Below are positions 57,401 through 64,000 of a stretch of 64,000 bases of DNA, in pieces; position 1 is the first letter of the stretch, and every line of letters starts with the position of its first letter. The stretch is taken from the NCBI GenBank assembly GCA_025786725.1, contig JAHLTZ010000027.1, positions 1-64,000 of the forward strand, given 5' to 3'. Both the position numbers and the translations under genes were made by a program. Origin of the DNA: Syncephalis fuscata S228 (taxonomy: Eukaryota > Fungi > Zoopagomycota). The notes below the pieces were generated by a model. That model did no database searches and was not told where the DNA came from. It worked only from the letters and a program-made list of their open reading frames with translations.

Positions 57401-60400
57401 CTGATTCAATTGTTTGACCTTCTTCAGTTGAGACTGTAGCATTTGCTTGTGCTTCAGATGTTGATGCTTCATTATTGCTATTACTATTGTTATTATTACT
57501 ATTATTATTATCTGGTTGTATAGCTTCTTCTGATGTCCCTTCTGGTGCAGTTGCTATTTCTTCTTCATTAGCTGTTGTTGTTGTTGTTGTTGTTGTCACA
57601 GTATCAGCATCAGCCATATTGGTGTCAGAAGTGTTGGACGTGGGTAACGCTTCAGTTGCATCAGCTATTACGGTATCTTCACCTGTTGTACCATCTTGTA
57701 CCTGGGCTGTATCAGAAGTAGATTCATTTGTTGTAGCTGCTGCAGTTGCTGCTGCCGCGGCCGCTGCTGCATCTGCTGCTGCTCGTTCAGCTGTAATTAA
57801 TTCTGGATGCGTTAGAATATAATCGGTGGCACGAGCAACATTGTTATGCGATCGCTCTAGTGCAATAACAGCTGCACCACGCGGGAATCCCATCTCTACC
57901 ATAAGTTGAACCGATGCTTCATCAGGTACAATAGCCCGTGGAGGAGTAATTGCAGTGGCAGATGCTGCATTGGTTCGAGGTGAATCGGCCGTAAATGTTG
58001 CCATAGTAACTGCAGGGAATGAAGTACTAACATCAGTTCGAGTATTGACTTCTCCGTCAGCTCGCATGATTTGTATAATGGTTTGTACCAGTAATCGAAC
58101 TACACTTGGTGGACATTCCTTTAAATGAGGACTGCGCCATATACGCATCAGTTGTGGCAATACACTATACCGAATATCGACTAGATGATCAAATGGATCA
58201 AATATGCCTTCATCATTACGGCTATTAATCGAGGAAAGAGATGCAATATGTGGTGAATGATGCAATAACTTTGAAGATGTAATAACTTTAAACCAGTTAA
58301 GTACTGATTCCATCGCAAGATAGATTGCTTTATAATGATCGAGTGAGAGTCGGGATGGCTGTTCGCATAACGACCATAAACCTTCAGTGACCTCGAATAT
58401 AGTATCTAATCCATCGATTCGTGTAAAGGCAACTACTAAGACGAGATGTAAACTTGAACTGCTTCGTTCTATTATAATAAAATGTTGCTGTCAATTTTGT
58501 TACTGTAGATTGATTAATTAACTTACCTTCAAGGAAGAGTTGGGTTAATAATCTTAATGTACTTGTCCAATAGGATAATTCTCTAGGAATCAATCCTTGT
58601 TCTATAATAACGACAATTATAATATAGATAGTTAATATGATATGATCATATAGCAATCAATTCATTCATTCATTCATTCATTTACCTGGTTGGCACCAAA
58701 TAAGAATTGACTTTAATGCAAAAGCAATTGAACGTGCAATCTTTAAAGCCAAGTTTCTTTGTACGCTATCAACAAGACGACGTGGTAATAGCATACGTGT
58801 AACCCCTGTAATTATATAATGTTATTAATACTATTATTATAATTACTATTTAGTTCTTACCTTGAAATAGTGGAGCCACACAAGATGGCAATTCAGCAAG
58901 CAAATACATAAATGATGCCATGTTACCAGATAGACGTGGATCAACAGTCTCCGTTGTAGTTTCTACTGCTGTAGATTCAGTTTGACCAGCTGATGCATCA
59001 ACGTTGGCTGTACTTGTAGATTCAACATCCATTGCTGTCTGTTCCTGCTCTTGTTGCTGATGTTCTTGTTGCTGATGTTCTTGGTCTTCTTGTTGGTCTT
59101 CTGTTGGTTCAGCGTTCGTTGATCTGGCTGCAGTACCGGCAGCGGCAGCCGCGGCAGCAGCAGTTGCTGAATTAGAAGATGCTTTCAATTCACGTAGCTT
59201 TTCCGCAGCTGCATCCCAACTTGGTGGCACTGTATGACGTAATTGAATACCTTCCCATACACACATACTATAAAATAGTAACATTTAATTAGTATAATTC
59301 ATTTTGATCCATTATATACTATATTTACCGATATAACTGTCCCATCATTGGTAAAACAAATTCACCTTCTGCTTCAGTCAATATTTGTACAACTGAATGA
59401 GTCCAACGACCCTGTGAGAATAAAGGTGCCGCGTAGATATCGGATAATAAACCAACAAGGCCATGCATTGTAACTAAAGCACGGAATAATCGATTGGCCT
59501 CAATAGATTGTGCTTCATCTATTTAACAGTTATATATTATAGTTAGTTATAGCGTATACTAGCTTATTCTACATCTATACATACTTGTAATGTCAATATA
59601 CGGAAAAAAAACACTCTCCTGTTTACCACGTTCCAATAGCGGCAATAAGGGTTCACGAGCCACTTTAAGCTGATTCAACACTGCTGTCACGACAGCATTT
59701 GGACTAACTTCGCTCATAATACGGAATAAATGAGAAAGTGAATATGAAGCACCAGAAGATGCAAAATCATACGGTAAAGTGGTTAAAAAGAAATAATTAA
59801 GTAATTTTTCAACACCACCCAATCGAATAAAATCACGGCAGTGTGCTGTATTTTGAAATAAACCTTCTAGAAACTATTATTAATATTAATAAAAGTATAT
59901 TAAATTAATTAATTAAGTAATTAGTTAGTTGGTTAATTATTAACTTACTCGTACGGTAATTTCAATATATTCTGCTACATAATTATCCTTTTCCTTCTCT
60001 TTAACTGCATCTTTATCCTCTTCAGTGGATGCAACTGTCGATTTGCTACTATCCTCAATAGTCGGTATTGATCCTGATGTAGCGGTTGGATTTACTCCTT
60101 CAGCAGCTTGTAAGTAAATGTTAGGACGAGAACGAAGCCATTCAGGAGCATCGGTTGATCCAAGTGTTATTACTCGGTCTAATACGCCTAATATCTCAGC
60201 CATAATAGTATTTTAAGTGAAGGTTGATGTCGCATCAATTCATCCATTGCTGTACCGGCCGATACAGATACATCACCGTCTTGAAGAATACGGGCAAATT
60301 CACTCGTAGTGAATACTTTAAAGAACGTTTTCAATGGTTGGCGTTCATTAAATAAGGCCAATCCACTAGCATTGAGGCAAATTGCTCCAAAAGCATTTGG

Positions 60401-63132
60401 AATAGCACCAATCATCTATAATAATTTACATAAATTATTAATAAACAAGCTGTTTAACCTAATAGCCTATTGGGCTAGATTACTTACATCCGATGCGGGT
60501 GGTATACCCAATGCTACCATGTCCAAAAATACATTGGGTAGGTTTATTTCTTGGAAGACCGACAGTGAGGCTGGTTCATTATGAATAAATGTTGACATGA
60601 TATTCACCGCTTTACGTTTAACTAGTTAGTATATTATAATTACGATGTCTATAGTTACTTACCAAGTGCTAGAATACTACTGCCAAATACACGAGAGTAT
60701 TGCATAACACGTCCAACAGAGGCGGGCAATGTAGTATCAATTAAATTACGCATTCCTTCAGCGTTGCCTGATGATTGCATTAAATGAAGAATAAACTTAA
60801 ATAAGCTTTTAACTAAAGCAATTCGTTCATGAGGTACAGCCGATGCTATTAAAATGATAACATAATTGGTTAATCTATCTATCTATCTATCTATCTCAAG
60901 TCTAGATTATTGCTATATTCTATTACCTGCTGCAGTAACTGGCTTGGATGCCATAATCTCGTCAAGTTGGTTTGATGCTTGTAAATCGCCAATCGCTAAA
61001 TCCACTTGTTCCTATTCGATTGAAATAGATATAATTAATTAGCAAGTTGTTATTAATTAATGTAATTTATATCATATTATGTTATACAACTTACTTTAAT
61101 ACGATCTACCAACACTTCTCGTCCACCGACATCGTAGAAGTTATCGAAGGCATTCCAGCCATAAACGGTACTGTCCAATAGAGCGGCCACTTTAGCCACA
61201 TTCTAATAATAAGGTCATATAGTTAAACAGTATTCTCTTATGACTATAATAATAGTTACCTTGATCTGTAAGAATTGCTGTGAACGCATCATGGATACCA
61301 GTACAGGTACTAGACCGGCAGATACCACCATACCGCCTCCAGCCTGTGTTGATACCAAATAAGTAATAAATGATAACAGCGATTCAACAAAGTTTTGTGA
61401 ATAGATTGCTACAAATAGATAAATTTATTAATAACATGTTATTATATTTTTTTATTATTAATAGCTTACCTTCAGTTTCACACATGTTATTTGCTACTTT
61501 ACGTAATAAATAGAGTAAAACACCATGACTGGCTGATGCATTCATAGCAGTCAATACATCATTAATACGGGTACGTGATCTAGCAATGGCTTCTAGCGTA
61601 AGTAGTACAATTGATTGTATATCCTATACAGTATAAATCATTGATAAATAAGTAATTGGTTACTATATAGTAACAAGTACTAGTACTAACCATAGGCACT
61701 TTGTTGTCTGGTTGGATCATTCGACTAAGTGATGTAACAAGCTGTGGATCATGTTGAAAGAAGCGAGATTGAGCCGATGCTTCGGGTATCATCAGTGCTA
61801 TTATCATGCCATTTATAAACATAAACACAATCTATACTATTGTTAACTTACCTGTAATGCAAATGGCTTGTAGACGAATTGTTAAAAATTGACGACGAAG
61901 AACTGGATCGCCAATAGCAGTGGATACACGCACCGTATGAAATAGATCATAATAATTGTCTTCAGGTATTTGATACTGTTTTATCAATTGCTCAAATATT
62001 TCACCATTGCTTTTACCAGCTTGTTCAGATCGTTCACATCGAATAGTAATGGTGCCTTCCGATGAAGATGGTGTGGGTGCAGTGGTAGAAGCTGTAGCCA
62101 TAGATATATCACTGTTATCTGTTGGCACAGTCGTTGTTTCATCTGAAACAGTCTCCATGGCCATTTGTGAAGATGGTGACGACATTAAAGATGGTGTGGC
62201 AGTTGTGGTCATTGGCCGTTCAGGCGTAGGTGAGCTTGGCGGGTCCCTCGACAACGGAGCATTTGAGGATTCTTTGGCAGCAACTGCACGCCGCGCCTCA
62301 TCCGGTGAAAGTACCCGATAAAAGTGGTAAGAAATGGTATAAAGTTCCTCAGGTACTGTCAAATCATCTTGACATAAATCCGTCAAATCTATACCGACAT
62401 CTTTTGTGCCCCAACTTTGGGCGAGTGTAAGAATTCGATCTTGGCTAATAGTAAAATTATGTCGATAAGAGCGTTGTGTGCTAATACGTTGTGCTTGTCG
62501 TAAAGCCACCCATAAACAAGCTTCTAACACAGTTTCATCATTGGTGTTAAGCAGTGCATTAAGATACTATAATAATAAATATAAATATAATAATAAATAT
62601 AATAATAAATATAATTAGTTTCAATAATGATTATTATGATTTATTATCGTCATCCATGGATGATCGACTCGCCTATTGCTTACCTCATAGGAATTGTAAA
62701 TGTTACGATTTGTACAATTCTCAACCAACAAACGAGAGAATCTTAGAATGCCTACAATAAGGCGCTTTTCATCCAATGTAAATGATTGAGATTGCAGTGC
62801 TTTATCAAGATTATACTGCTTTACAATACGTTCTAAAATAGTATCAAATCGGTCAAGAACGACTACCCAATGGAACATATCTCCACGAGGCAGTGTCCAA
62901 CTCGTCAGTCCTTCTAGCCGGCTGGTTAGATCGGGCTCTGACAATTCATGTAGTTGCGCGATCACGGCCGCAATAGATGCCACCTAATAAAAGTATGGGC
63001 CAGTGTTAACATTGACTTGTGATTCTGTACAATGTCGTCATCGGTCCGAATATAATATTCGTAGACTCATCTCATCACTATCAAACTTACCGGAGGCGCT
63101 AACCGCCGCGGAGCAGCCTTGGCTACCTTCAT
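48987..63132 (-). CDS. TOM1: Giant HECT E3 ubiquitin ligase (TOM1/HUWE1), many exons
   Basis: Start [14 protein letters not shown]; [16 protein letters not shown] and [13 protein letters not shown]; [13 protein letters not shown]; UBA ([22 protein letters not shown]); acidic tract; UBM repeats ([18 protein letters not shown]); HECT domain ([14 protein letters not shown]...LPSAHTC|FNQLDLP...GFGFS*). Apparent frameshifts at ~51337 and ~60211. Confidence 0.96.
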
Positions 63133-64000
63133 AGCGTCGTCGACAACACGACCTACTCTGCTTTGCGTTGAATACTATATTCAAACGTATACTAGGAAAT
63201 CGATCGCACTTGTATGAGAAACAAACGAGCGACAATGATGCTAAGCTGTACAATGGATAGAACGCGTGTGTTTATAGATCGTACACTCCAATACAGTTAT
63301 TCAATAGTGTTCTGACAGTAATAGTGGTGATGTATGTCCTAGTTACAATAAAGAAGAGATGTGGTGTGATTTTCTGTAAAGTGGACGAAAAGATAAAGAT
63401 GTTCTGTGTGTTTGTGCGTGTGTGTGAATGAATAAATGTGATTAAATATTTGTAAGTGGGGCGAATCAATCTAATTAATACATAATTATATTATTAACAG
63501 TGAAAATAGTAATACCAATTATGATGACTATACAGTAGGAGAATTTCAAAAATACACCGTATTTAAAATTTATCTTACCAAAATACACAATTTTGAAGAA
63601 AATAAAATACTATTAATAACAGATGGCTTTAACTTATAACAATAACTCAAATTAACATATTTATAACAAAAGTCGCAATTGTGTAAATACTGATAATAAG
63701 CTAAGTGGACTGGATTATAAAGTCATTTAGCCTATTATTTGAGAAACAGTATTATGTATTTATAATACTGTTAAAGCTTTACTAAAGTTACAAAGCTAAA
63801 AATCCCTGATGGAAAAAATGTTAATTAAAATAAATGCAACGGATTTTAATTTAAACTTTGTTTATTTACATAATTTAGTTCATTATATTAATAGTAACAG
63901 TAGTACCAATCTTATTTTATTTGTTAAAAGTCTTTTAGCAATATACTTGTGGTAAATGCAACTCAAGAAATACAATACAAAAACATATTCTGTAAAAATT

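Noticed and set aside
39248-57822. Long hydrophobic plus-strand ORFs (e.g. 39248, 48286, 51090, 52654, 54701, 57475)
   Set aside because: Antisense shadows of Thr/Asn/Asp-rich regions of DOCK, the kinase and TOM1.

Overview
AT-rich eukaryotic (fungal) genomic DNA with many short (~45-100 nt) spliceosomal introns. Gene content and the lineage-specific 7TM families suggest an early-diverging fungus, possibly a zoopagalean mycoparasite such as Syncephalis (inference). Recognisable housekeeping genes are pentafunctional ARO1, PIG-X/PBN1, an FCP1/NIF-like HAD phosphatase, a PPR protein, RNase P/MRP subunit POP4, a DOCK GEF, BRR6/BRL1, lipase ATG15 and the giant HECT ligase TOM1/HUWE1. Accessory genes include two MARVEL-like paralogs, an orphan 7TM gene with a decayed paralog, three copies of a signal peptide + PA-like ectodomain + 7TM receptor, a pseudokinase and a tiny bacterial-like ORF. 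Main findings: (1) the three receptor copies form a mosaic locus of nested inverted repeats, with near-identical promoter, introns and TM exons but sharply divergent ectodomain and extracellular loop 2; (2) a U12-type AT-AC intron in BRR6/BRL1; (3) a candidate horizontally acquired GHKQ-motif small protein; (4) an HGS pseudokinase that may be secreted. Many single-base deletions in conserved genes and a fold-back at the window start look like long-read assembly artefacts. No rRNA, tRNA or CRISPR was seen.
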